Shown: piece by piece, positions 28,127 to 37,142 of the stretch | Layout: every line of letters starts with the position of its first letter | Position numbering within the stretch: the first letter of the stretch is position 1 | DNA from: an uncultured Candidatus Saccharibacteria bacterium | GTDB lineage: Bacteria; Patescibacteriota; Saccharimonadia; CAILAD01; JADZBC01 | DNA length: 61,778 nt | Direction of reading: 5' to 3' | NCBI GenBank assembly: GCA_964496815.1 | Contig: CAZCAO010000003.1 | Location: forward strand, 1-61,778 | Notes under the pieces: generated by a model | What the model was told of the DNA's origin: nothing | Databases searched by the model: none | What the model saw: only the letters and a program-made list of their open reading frames with translations | Translations under genes and position numbers: made by a program

Positions 28127-29731
28127 ATGAACAAGATTGAAAAGAAAATCCTAATAATGCTCGCCATGGCACAGTTTATCCTAACGTTAGACTCAACTGT
28201 GATGAATGTATCCATTTCAACCTTAGTAGTAGACCTTAATACGACGGTTAGTGGTATCCAGGCAGCGATTACATTCTATACCCTCATCATGGCCGCATTT
28301 ATGATTCCGGGCGCAAAGATTGGTGACATGATCGGCCGCAAGAAGGCATTTATGCTTGGTGTCGTAATATACGGCATGGGCTCCTTTATTACAGCAGTTA
28401 GCCAGGGTTTGCCATCTCTACTATTTGGCTGGTCATTGCTGGAGGGCTTAGGGGCTGCGCTGATGATTCCAGCTATGCTCTCACTCATTGCTAGTAACTA
28501 TCCAAGCGGGCCGAAGCGTGTCAAAGCCTACGCAACGGTAGCAGCTATTGGGGCGATCGGTGCGGCCGTAGGGCCGATTGTGGGAGGATTACTAACTACT
28601 TACGCCACCTGGCGATTAGCTTTTCTGGGTGAAGTCCTTGTCGTGATTTACATTATTCTTAGAGGTAAGGTCATTAAGGACTCAGCCCTAGCTGAAAAGG
28701 TGGGGTCATTTGATTGGGTAGGTACAATTCTTTCTGCTAGCGGTCTGAGTGTATTAATCCTTGGTATTTTGCAGGCAAGTAAATATGGCCTGTTGATTGC
28801 TCGGCAGGCTGTCGAGCTTGGAGGTCAGGAAGTCATTCCCGTAGGAGGGGTGTCCCCGACGGTGTTGCTGACTATACTGGGAGTCGGCTTGCTCGCTTTC
28901 TTTGCAGCTTGGCAGAATCGTCGCAAAAAGCATGGGCAAGCAGTCCTTATTGATATGAAGATTTTTAGTAATAAAGTCGTTCGCGCTGGTACCGGCACTA
29001 TCTTCTTTCAACTCATGCTACTCGGTGGCGTAATGTACGGATTGTCTTTGTACCTGCAAATGCAGTTGGGCTACAACGCAATCCAGACTGGGCTCACCAT
29101 GTTGCCGCTTTCTGCAGCGATTTTACTTTTGGCAAGTAGAGGTAGCATTATGGCCGGCAAGTTTTCAAGTAGAACAATTGTGCGAGTTGGGTTCACGGCC
29201 ATGCTTTTCGGGTCCGCCTGGCTGGGATATAAGGCGAACCAGAACCCAGATGGTCTAGCCTTTTTGCCTAGCTTAGCTTTGTTTGGGGCAGGTATGGGGA
29301 TGATTGCATCTCAGCTGCAGAACACTGTTCAGAATTCAGTGGACGAGAAGAGCTCTGCCGAAACGTCTGGCTTGATGTCCACTTTTCAGTTTTTGGGGCA
29401 AAGCTTCGGCACCGCCATAAGTGGTGTCTTAATCGTGGTAACATTCATTAGCGTTGGCACTGGCCTCGTAGCTCAAAATCAAGACCTTAATACAGCCCAG
29501 AAGGATCAACTGACGGCTGCTATAGAGACTAAGCCACAGATTCTGAGTGATGCCCAGGTGAAGCAGGCTGTTGCTGTTTTACCGCCAAGTACCGCACAAA
29601 CAGTAACTGACATAAATGCAGAAACACGCCAGGCTGCCCTTAGTGGTATGTTTGTGCTCCTTAGTATCTTAAGTTTGTTCGGTTTGCTGGCTACGAGAAA
29701 TTTGCCAAGTAACAAACCCCATATTGCTTAG
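28127..29731 (+). CDS. MFS transporter (DHA2-like, about 14 TM)
   Basis: LDSTVMNVSI, GAKIGDMIGRKK motif A, EGLGAAL, GPIVGG. Confidence 0.9.
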   Translation: MNKIEKKILIMLAMAQFILTLDSTVMNVSISTLVVDLNTTVSGIQAAITFYTLIMAAFMIPGAKIGDMIGRKKAFMLGVVIYGMGSFITAVSQGLPSLLFGWSLLEGLGAALMIPAMLSLIASNYPSGPKRVKAYATVAAIGAIGAAVGPIVGGLLTTYATWRLAFLGEVLVVIYIILRGKVIKDSALAEKVGSFDWVGTILSASGLSVLILGILQASKYGLLIARQAVELGGQEVIPVGGVSPTVLLTILGVGLLAFFAAWQNRRKKHGQAVLIDMKIFSNKVVRAGTGTIFFQLMLLGGVMYGLSLYLQMQLGYNAIQTGLTMLPLSAAILLLASRGSIMAGKFSSRTIVRVGFTAMLFGSAWLGYKANQNPDGLAFLPSLALFGAGMGMIASQLQNTVQNSVDEKSSAETSGLMSTFQFLGQSFGTAISGVLIVVTFISVGTGLVAQNQDLNTAQKDQLTAAIETKPQILSDAQVKQAVAVLPPSTAQTVTDINAETRQAALSGMFVLLSILSLFGLLATRNLPSNKPHIA

Positions 29732-29796
29732 TTGTGCTGCAATCCCGACCTACTTGATCTATGGGCGTATAATAGAAGTGTAAGAGGAGACACGAC

Positions 29797-30204
29797 ATGC
29801 GAGGACCAATTGATTATATAGTTGTAGGATTTGAGGGAAATAAGTTTAATGGTAGTGTGATGCAGGCGCTCGCTGACGCCATTGAGCAAGGAGTTATTGG
29901 ACTTGTAGCGTTAGCGGTTGTTAGTAAAGACTCCGAAGGCGTAGTATCTAAATTAGACATTGCAGAAGCTGGGGATGATACAATGACGGCCTTTGTAGAG
30001 AAGTACCGGCCGAGTGACGACGTAGTGGGGAGTGATGATATTGATGAAGTTGGCGATTTGCTTGAGAAGAACTGTACAGCAGGGCTGTTGGTTGTGGAGC
30101 AATTGTGGGCCAAGCCACTCAAAAAGGCTTTACTTGATGCCAAGGGCGTACTAATCGCCGAAGGTCGAATTCATCCTGAAGCAGCCAGCGATTTAGAAAT
30201 TTAA
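29797..30204 (+). CDS. DUF6325-like protein
   Basis: GPIDYIVVGF, EQLWAKPL..AL....G.LIAEGRI. Confidence 0.75.
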   Translation: MRGPIDYIVVGFEGNKFNGSVMQALADAIEQGVIGLVALAVVSKDSEGVVSKLDIAEAGDDTMTAFVEKYRPSDDVVGSDDIDEVGDLLEKNCTAGLLVVEQLWAKPLKKALLDAKGVLIAEGRIHPEAASDLEI

Positions 30205-30219
30205 GGAAGGAGGAAACTT

Positions 30220-30477
30220 ATGCCAGGATTACTAAGGGGAATAGCAAGAACAGCAGTCATATCGGGGACGGCAACTCATGTTTCGAACAATGTTTCACGC
30301 CGTCAGGCAGCTCGATGGGCTGCGGAGGAGGCAGGGCAGCCAGCTTCGCCGGCGCAAGTTCAAGCTGGAGCAGGAGATCCCTATGCCGAGCTAGAGAAAT
30401 TGGCTGGCCTCAAGGATCAAGGCTTGATTACACAGGAAGAATTTGATGCAAAAAAGAAGCAACTATTAGGCCTATAG
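30220..30477 (+). CDS. SHOCT-domain small protein
   Basis: ELEKLAGLKDQGLITQEEFDAKKKQLL; N-terminus MPGLLRGIARTAV. Confidence 0.85.
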   Translation: MPGLLRGIARTAVISGTATHVSNNVSRRQAARWAAEEAGQPASPAQVQAGAGDPYAELEKLAGLKDQGLITQEEFDAKKKQLLGL

Positions 30478-30489
30478 TCTTGATTATAG

Positions 30490-30529
30490 AACGAGAAAAG
30501 CCAGCCTTTAGGCTGGCTTTTCTCGTTTT
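30490..30529 (+). terminator. Strong bidirectional-type terminator
   Basis: AACGAGAAAAGCCAGCC-TTTA-GGCTGGCTTTTCTCGTT 17-bp perfect stem. Confidence 0.85.
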
Positions 30530-30612
30530 GCTTGCCAGATAAACAAATCTGAGTATCATAACAAGTAAGACGCATCAGCGTTTGTACCTACTTTCACCCC
30601 AAAGGGGGCACT

Positions 30613-31350
30613 ATGAAGAATCATGAAAAGCGCCCCCTGGATAATACAGTAGTGATTATCGCGGCGGGCACGTTTGTAGCTAACTGGTATGCTCAGTTCG
30701 TTTATGGCTCGCTCAAGCGGGCCGTCGAAGAGCGCGGCTATCCGGTTCTCATTCTGGCGATTCCTCACTTGGGCCTTGGCCCGATGGAAGGAGCGTTGGA
30801 TACGATGCACGCGACAATCCTGCAGACGTTTCCGACACAGCAGTTCGTGCTGATCGGTCACAGTCAGGGCGGTAGTCACATCATGGGCCTCAAGCGCCGG
30901 CTGGGTAGTCGAGTCATCAAGACTCTGCAGCTGTCTGCGCCGAACCACGGCACCCGCTTGGCAAACTTGGGCGGATGGCTCAAGGCCTTTCCAGCGATCG
31001 GCAACATGGCAGCTCATTCGCCAGTACTGCGCGAGCTGCGGTCGCTGGAGGAGATTGTCGAAGAGGTTGAGGCGATGGAGATCGTTAGCGTCATGAGCCT
31101 GTTCGACCAGTTGGTGTTGCCGTTCTTTGCCTCGATCCTCAAAGGAGCACAGAACATCGTGATCGCGCCAAAGGTGCTGCACCCACTGCTCATGAAGTTG
31201 GGTTTTCGGCGAAGCAATGGAGTCGAGCTGGTTGACGGTATCGCCGACCACCTTTCCATCATCTCGCACGATGTCGTTCTTCGCCTGATCGACCAGATGT
31301 TCGATGAACTTGAGGCAACATGCATTCAGGGGCAGCGCAGCCCCCGGTAG
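30613..31350 (+). CDS. Alpha/beta hydrolase (lipase/esterase), GC-rich solitary ORF
   Basis: LIGHSQGG nucleophile elbow, SAPNHGT, DQLV acid, DHLSI His. Confidence 0.85.
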   Translation: MKNHEKRPLDNTVVIIAAGTFVANWYAQFVYGSLKRAVEERGYPVLILAIPHLGLGPMEGALDTMHATILQTFPTQQFVLIGHSQGGSHIMGLKRRLGSRVIKTLQLSAPNHGTRLANLGGWLKAFPAIGNMAAHSPVLRELRSLEEIVEEVEAMEIVSVMSLFDQLVLPFFASILKGAQNIVIAPKVLHPLLMKLGFRRSNGVELVDGIADHLSIISHDVVLRLIDQMFDELEATCIQGQRSPR

Positions 31351-31432
31351 GAGCTCCTAGCCTAACCTGCCGGGGGCTCTTATCGTTATGGGCGGTCCAG
31401 GTGTATAATAAGAGTGTTAACGAGGACAGACT

Positions 31433-31834
31433 ATGCTAGGTTGGGTTGAAGATATTGAAAAAGCAACGTTAGAAAACGAGAACTTTCGTGCAGCTCTTTT
31501 TACTGGGGCTCACAGTCAGCTAACGGTTATGAGTATAGAAGTGGGTGGCGAAATTGGCCTAGAAGTTCACCCGGATAATGATCAGTTTCTGCGTATAGAA
31601 CAAGGTAAGGCAAAGGTGGAGTTTGGCGAAAGCCAAGACAAGCTAACCGAAAGCTATGACGTAGAGGACGACTGGGCAATTATTGTGCCTGCCGGCGTGT
31701 GGCACAATGTGACCAATACTGGTAACGAAGCATTGAAGGTGTACTCGATTTATTCGCCTGCTCACCATCCTGAGGGAACGGTACATAAAACCAAAGCCGA
31801 TGCCGATGCAGCCGAGGTGGCTGAACACAAGTAG
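31433..31834 (+). CDS. Cupin-domain protein
   Basis: EVHPDNDQFLRIEQG, IVPAGVWHNV. Confidence 0.88.
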   Translation: MLGWVEDIEKATLENENFRAALFTGAHSQLTVMSIEVGGEIGLEVHPDNDQFLRIEQGKAKVEFGESQDKLTESYDVEDDWAIIVPAGVWHNVTNTGNEALKVYSIYSPAHHPEGTVHKTKADADAAEVAEHK

Positions 31835-31861
31835 TCAGATTAAGACTGCACAAGAGTAGCC

Positions 31862-31894
31862 ACAATCAACGCCCCGCACGAGGGCGTTGATTGT
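31862..31894 (+). terminator. Terminator-like hairpin after the cupin gene
   Basis: ACAATCAACGCCC / GGGCGTTGATTGT 13-bp stem. Confidence 0.75.
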
Positions 31895-31917
31895 CGGTTA
31901 GGCTAGCATAAACAAGA

Positions 31918-32964
31918 ATGAACAATAATAAGATGCAAATTTCAGATTATAGTTATACACTACCCAAAGAGAAGATCGCGCAACATCCTCCAAGAGTCAG
32001 GGGTACGTCTCGTTTGCTTGTGTTACACCGTGATTCGGGAACTGTAGTAGACAAGCAGTATGCTGACATCGCTGACTTTTTGCAGCCTGGTGACGTGTTG
32101 GTTATGAACGATACGAAGGTTATTAAAGCACGGCTTATTGCTCAAGATGAGCAGGGTAGGTCGATAGAGCTCGTATTGCTCGAAAAGCATGGCCACATCG
32201 AGGACAAGCATCATCACAAAGTACTGTATCGAGGCAAGTTGAGTGAAGGTGATGTGCTTAGAGTTGGCTCAACGGAACTGGGCGTAGAGTCCATAGAAGA
32301 TGGCGGGCTAGCGATTCTTGCCTCGGCCGAAGACATTGATGCGCTTGCCGATGCTCAGGGCAGGGTGCCACTACCACCCTACATGAAACGCGATGCCACG
32401 GCAGAGGACGAGCAGCGCTACCAAACCGTCTTTGCGCGCGAGAAGGGTTCGGTAGCAGCACCTACTGCTTCGCTGAATATGACAGAGGAGCTGCTTGATT
32501 TACTGCGCGCCAAAGGGGTTGTGGTTTGCTCGTTGACACTGCATGTGGGTTTGGGCACGTTTCTACCAATCCGTTCAGACAATGTCGAGGACCACACAAT
32601 GCATAGTGAGTATTATGAAATTCCATCGGCGACAATTGAATACATCCGTGAGGCGAAGGAAACTGGCGGGCGAGTTGTTGCTTTGGGCACTACGGTAGCG
32701 AGAACGTTAGAGTTCGCCAGCGCTGATATTCTGTCACCTCATAGCCCACGATATCTCAGTGGTGAAGCCAATATATTTATCTACCCAGGATATACATTCA
32801 AGTTGGTTGATGCGCTGTTGACGAACTTCCACGCGCCCAAGAGTACGGTACTCATGTTAGCGGCAGCGTTTGCTAGCTGGGATAATTTGCAATCGGCTTA
32901 TGGGCATGCGCTCAAGAATAACTATCAATTCCTTAGCTATGGCGACAGTATGTTGATACTATAG
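31918..32964 (+). CDS. queA: SAM:tRNA ribosyltransferase-isomerase QueA
   Basis: PLPPYMKR, YQTVFA, GSVAAPTA, TLHVGLGTF, TNFHAPKST, SYGDSML. Confidence 0.96.
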   Translation: MNNNKMQISDYSYTLPKEKIAQHPPRVRGTSRLLVLHRDSGTVVDKQYADIADFLQPGDVLVMNDTKVIKARLIAQDEQGRSIELVLLEKHGHIEDKHHHKVLYRGKLSEGDVLRVGSTELGVESIEDGGLAILASAEDIDALADAQGRVPLPPYMKRDATAEDEQRYQTVFAREKGSVAAPTASLNMTEELLDLLRAKGVVVCSLTLHVGLGTFLPIRSDNVEDHTMHSEYYEIPSATIEYIREAKETGGRVVALGTTVARTLEFASADILSPHSPRYLSGEANIFIYPGYTFKLVDALLTNFHAPKSTVLMLAAAFASWDNLQSAYGHALKNNYQFLSYGDSMLIL

Positions 32965-32968
32965 TCCT

Positions 32969-34192
32969 ATGACAAAATTTGGATTTAACATACATCATGA
33001 ACTTGAGGGCACTTTGGCCAGAACTGGTGAGATTACTACCCCACATGGGGTGATTCAGACCCCCGCCTTTATTACTGTTGGTACGAAGGCGACGGTTAAG
33101 GCAGTTGCTCCAGAACAGGTTAGGGAGTTGGGCTCCCAGGCAGTTTTGGCAAACACATATCATTTGTATCTCAAGCCAGGCAGCGACATAGTGCGCGACA
33201 TGGGCGGTTTGCACAATTTTATGAACTGGGATGGCCCGATGTTTACTGACTCGGGCGGCTTTCAGGTCTTTTCACTCGGTGAGGCCTACGGTAAGGGTGT
33301 GAGCAAAGTTGCGAGCGGAGACGATACGGTGCAGCCTGACAAGCGTCCGAGCGGCAAGCAACTGATGAACATCGATGACGAGGGTGTGACGTTCCATTCG
33401 CACACCGACGGCAGTAAGCATCGCTTAACACCAGAGAAGTCTATGCAGATCCAACATGACCTGGGCGCGGATATTATCTTCGCCTTTGATGAATGTACTT
33501 CGCCGCAAGCGGATTATGATTATCAAAAGCAGGCACTCGAGCGAACACACGCCTGGGCAGCCCGAAGTTTGGCAGAGCATCGTAAGCTCGGACCCAATAG
33601 TCCAGAAGGTAAGCCACAGGCTCTGTTTGGCATTGTGCAGGGTGGTCGCCACGAGGATTTGCGCCGACACTCAGCCAAAGTAATCGGTAGCATGGGCTTT
33701 GATGGCTTTGGTATCGGCGGGTCGTTTAATAAGCATGATATGCCAACTGCCGTTCGTTGGGTGTGTGAAACGCTACCTAAAGCCAAGCCACGTCACTTGC
33801 TCGGCATCGGTGAGCCGATCGATTTGTTCGAAGGAATCGAAAACGGCATTGATACTTTTGATTGCGTGAGTCCAACACGCGTGGCCCGCAATAGCGCCGT
33901 ATACACCAAGAGCGGTCGGGTGAACTTGAGTAACGCAAAGTATATGCGCATGTCGGGTCCGATTGTGGAGGATTGTGAGTGCTACACCTGCCAAAACTAT
34001 AGCTTGGCCTACCTGTCTCATTTAGTACGAGCCGAAGAGATGCTCTCGGCCACATTGCTATCAATTCATAATCTACACTTCATATCGCAGCTTGTAGGCG
34101 ACATCCGCACATCACTCATCGACGGAAGCTTCTTTGAGTTTAAGAACAGGTTCCTCAGTTCGTATTACCATATGGAGCCGAAGCTACACTAG
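32969..34192 (+). CDS. tgt: tRNA-guanine transglycosylase
   Basis: TDSGGFQVFSL, FDECT, GIVQGG, PRHLLG, DTFDCV, CECYTC..H zinc site. Confidence 0.96.
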   Translation: MTKFGFNIHHELEGTLARTGEITTPHGVIQTPAFITVGTKATVKAVAPEQVRELGSQAVLANTYHLYLKPGSDIVRDMGGLHNFMNWDGPMFTDSGGFQVFSLGEAYGKGVSKVASGDDTVQPDKRPSGKQLMNIDDEGVTFHSHTDGSKHRLTPEKSMQIQHDLGADIIFAFDECTSPQADYDYQKQALERTHAWAARSLAEHRKLGPNSPEGKPQALFGIVQGGRHEDLRRHSAKVIGSMGFDGFGIGGSFNKHDMPTAVRWVCETLPKAKPRHLLGIGEPIDLFEGIENGIDTFDCVSPTRVARNSAVYTKSGRVNLSNAKYMRMSGPIVEDCECYTCQNYSLAYLSHLVRAEEMLSATLLSIHNLHFISQLVGDIRTSLIDGSFFEFKNRFLSSYYHMEPKLH

Positions 34193-34281
34193 GAGCTTTC
34201 TTGGTCAGCAACACAAGCAGTTCGGGAACACCACGCAGATCGCAGAATAGTCACTGAAGAGAAAGCCCGGTCTGGGGAGGC

Positions 34282-36552
34282 TTAGACTGGGAGCTTGACT
34301 GTAAAAATACTTCCTTTACTGCTTGAGTGTTCAAGTATGACTTCACCACCATTGCGTTGTGCCAGACTCTGGGCGATGTAAAGTCCTAAGCCCGTTCCCC
34401 CGATTTCGCGGGTAAGTGAATTGTCTAATCTCGCAAACTTCCTAAAGAGTCTTTTGCGATCGATTGTTTTTATACCACTTCCGGTGTCGGTTACACTTAG
34501 TAGCACCCACTTACCATGTTCTTTGAGCTCCAAACTCACATAGCCTTTGGTAGTATACTTGATCGCGTTCTCAGTGATCTTCGTAATGATTTCTTTAATC
34601 TCGTTCGGGTCGCCTTTTAAATTTATCTTCTTCTCATGACCACTGAAGCTAAGGGCGATTTTTTTTGCTTCAGCTTTTGGACGCACCCTGCGAACTACAT
34701 CATCAATGACAGTCACATAATCAAATTTTGTTTTGTTTTCATAGTGGGGCGCTGTGCCATTATCGATTTCGGAAACAGTCATGATGTCCTTGAATAGCTC
34801 TGCAAGTTGGGCGGTAGACTCATATGCTTGTTGAACGAGAGGCTTGGTGTCCTTGTCTAGCTTCCCAATATCAGGATCTAATGCGTTGGCAAGATTCCCC
34901 TGAACTATTGTTAGAGGAGTGCGCATTTCATGAGATGCGGTTACGATAAATTCATTTCGTTCCTTCTCAGCAAGCTTTTGCTTGGTGATATCCTCAATAA
35001 GCAGCACGCTGCCAATACAGTCGTTTCTGCTACCAATAATAGGCGATATAATAAGGTGGAGTGTCCGCTTCTCGAGCATAACTTCTGGAATATCGGCAAG
35101 CTTGCATTCCGCATGTACTTTTTCAAAGTTCTCTTTGACTCCTAGTTTGTGTAATACAGCCTCAACTGCTTTGCCGGTCTTTGACTTTATTTGGAACAAG
35201 TCCTGAGCAACTTCATTGAGCTCCAGCACTTTCATATTCTCATCAAGCATAATAAAGCCAACAGGAAGACTTGCAATTGAGGCTTCCAGTTTAGCGTGTT
35301 CGGTATAGAGTTGCTCGGTTCGTTCAATAACCTTTTCTTCTACTTTGCGCTCTTCCTCGGCCAACTGCGCATATGCTCGTTTGAGGTTGGAGATGTCTGT
35401 CATGACAAAGACATAACCAGCCAGCCGGCCATGTTCGTCGAGCACACTACTTAAAGCAAGATCAATTGGCGTGATTTTATTAGTATGCTGCGCTACAACG
35501 GTCAGGTTCTCGAGTCGTAGTTTCTTGGTGAGTTTGGGGTCCGTAGCCAAATGTTCTTGAATTTTTTTAAAATGCTGCGGCGCAAAGAAGCTACTAATTT
35601 GCTTACGGCTAGTTGACTCAGAGTTTATTCCAAAAACTTTTTCAGCGTTTGCGTTGGAATATTCAAGGGCGAAATTCTGGTCTGTTACAACTACAGTTTC
35701 TGCCATAGTCTCTAGGATGTTTGTGGCTATTGCCGCTGGATTAATGCTGAATAGGCTGTAACGGATTATTCCGTAACACATTACTACTGCCATCAGGGTG
35801 GAGAAAAAGCTATCAAGTGGTAAAAAGAATGGCAAATTCAGGTACGCCGGAATAACATTCGTCACAGTGGAACCAATGATGGGTATAAGCACTGCAATGA
35901 GCATCAATGTAGCCTGTTTTTTTCTTTTTCCTTTACGCTCTTTGTTATAAAACTTTATCAGTAGGCCAATAATAATGAAGCTAAGGACTTGGAACCAAGC
36001 TAAATAAAGGGCGCCCATTGGCCCTAAAACTATTTCATAGCCCCAAAATCTAGGAATCATCGCTGTGCTGATACGACGAAACACGAAGTTACTCGAAAGT
36101 GCCAGGATGATTACCATAAATGAAGTACCCATAGTTAGTAGCCAAGGCAAGATGTGCTCATCGCCATCATCTCTGGTGTAATAGAGTAGGAACATGAGTA
36201 ATCCTGGTATCCCGATCATCGAAGACAGTGGTATGCCAGCCCTTATTATGAGTGCGGTGTACCTATCTGCAGCTGCAAAGGTAAGGAGATCTGTTAGGGA
36301 CCATGTTAATACCCCTAATAAAAAAAGTATGAGCCAAGCAACCCCTTTGATAGTTCGGCGATTTTTGTTTACAAGTACGAGAAGATAAATGTTTAAGATA
36401 ACGGACGAGAGGGGAACAAGCATGATTGGCACGAGTTTGAATGAAAGTGCCGGGGATATTGTGTCGGTTGAAGTTAGGATTGTCGCTAAAATAAGGCCAA
36501 TAAAGACCAGTGGCGCGATTATCATCGTGGCTTTGAGTAGTTTATTATGCAT
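34282..36552 (-). CDS. Sensor histidine kinase (7TM N-terminus, two PAS-like domains, HisKA, HATPase)
   Basis: ASHEMRTPL H-box, ENAIKYT N-box, DTGSG, GGTGLGL; start set 7 nt after TATAAT (36560-36565). Confidence 0.92.
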   Translation of the reverse strand: MHNKLLKATMIIAPLVFIGLILATILTSTDTISPALSFKLVPIMLVPLSSVILNIYLLVLVNKNRRTIKGVAWLILFLLGVLTWSLTDLLTFAAADRYTALIIRAGIPLSSMIGIPGLLMFLLYYTRDDGDEHILPWLLTMGTSFMVIILALSSNFVFRRISTAMIPRFWGYEIVLGPMGALYLAWFQVLSFIIIGLLIKFYNKERKGKRKKQATLMLIAVLIPIIGSTVTNVIPAYLNLPFFLPLDSFFSTLMAVVMCYGIIRYSLFSINPAAIATNILETMAETVVVTDQNFALEYSNANAEKVFGINSESTSRKQISSFFAPQHFKKIQEHLATDPKLTKKLRLENLTVVAQHTNKITPIDLALSSVLDEHGRLAGYVFVMTDISNLKRAYAQLAEEERKVEEKVIERTEQLYTEHAKLEASIASLPVGFIMLDENMKVLELNEVAQDLFQIKSKTGKAVEAVLHKLGVKENFEKVHAECKLADIPEVMLEKRTLHLIISPIIGSRNDCIGSVLLIEDITKQKLAEKERNEFIVTASHEMRTPLTIVQGNLANALDPDIGKLDKDTKPLVQQAYESTAQLAELFKDIMTVSEIDNGTAPHYENKTKFDYVTVIDDVVRRVRPKAEAKKIALSFSGHEKKINLKGDPNEIKEIITKITENAIKYTTKGYVSLELKEHGKWVLLSVTDTGSGIKTIDRKRLFRKFARLDNSLTREIGGTGLGLYIAQSLAQRNGGEVILEHSSSKGSIFTVKLPV

Positions 36553-36603
36553 AGGCCTTATTATACGCAATATGTCTGCTAAGCATAAGTATTTATGCCT
36601 AAA

Positions 36604-37059
36604 TTATATTGTCTGCAGGGTGCTTGCGATATTCTCGATGCCTCCACCGAATACTAGAGTAAAGGCGATCAGAACAAATAGGACAATCCCTAGGCTAGGC
36701 CACAGCTCTCTCAAGAGCCGTGCTGGTCGAATCTTACCATTGTAACGGTGGTCTTTCACGATGGTAACGATCGAGCCGAGGTTAATGAGGAGTGCGATCA
36801 ATGGAAAAACAACAGCCCAGAGTATAACGACTAGGGGCTGGAATACCCACATACTATAGAACTGAGCCAGACTGTCAGATTCTGGCAAGCTGAGTCGATA
36901 CAGAATACTAATAGCAATTATGACGGCAAATGGAGTGATAAGAGCTATTCCGGTCGCGGCATTGTGTTCGTATAGCGCTCGGATCTTACGTAGATGTCGG
37001 AGTTGAGCCAGGTGGTATCGACTTACTTTCTTGCCCGAATTATTCTTATGCTTTTTCAT
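36604..37059 (-). CDS. Hypothetical membrane protein (3 TM)
   Basis: ATG 6 nt after TATAAT (37066-37071); hydrophobic segments. Confidence 0.75.
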   Translation of the reverse strand: MKKHKNNSGKKVSRYHLAQLRHLRKIRALYEHNAATGIALITPFAVIIAISILYRLSLPESDSLAQFYSMWVFQPLVVILWAVVFPLIALLINLGSIVTIVKDHRYNGKIRPARLLRELWPSLGIVLFVLIAFTLVFGGGIENIASTLQTI

Positions 37060-37142
37060 AAGTCCATTATAGACTTTTTGTAGGATATGTCGATATCTGG
37101 ATTGCTCTGGCGCAAAGGGGGCGAATGTAGAATAATAGTACT

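Noticed and set aside
31360-31391. GCCTAAC...GTTATGG resembling integron attC R''/R' boxes after the lipase gene
   Set aside because: Spans only about 32 nt (attC sites are about 57 nt or longer), has no L boxes, the real hairpin crosses it, and no integrase is present. The other solitary genes lack properly placed AAC/GTT boxes.
34193-34285. 30 stop-free codons in frame after the tgt TAG (possible readthrough)
   Set aside because: About a 1 in 4 chance for 30 codons; no SECIS/PYLIS-like structure; the TGT is already complete.
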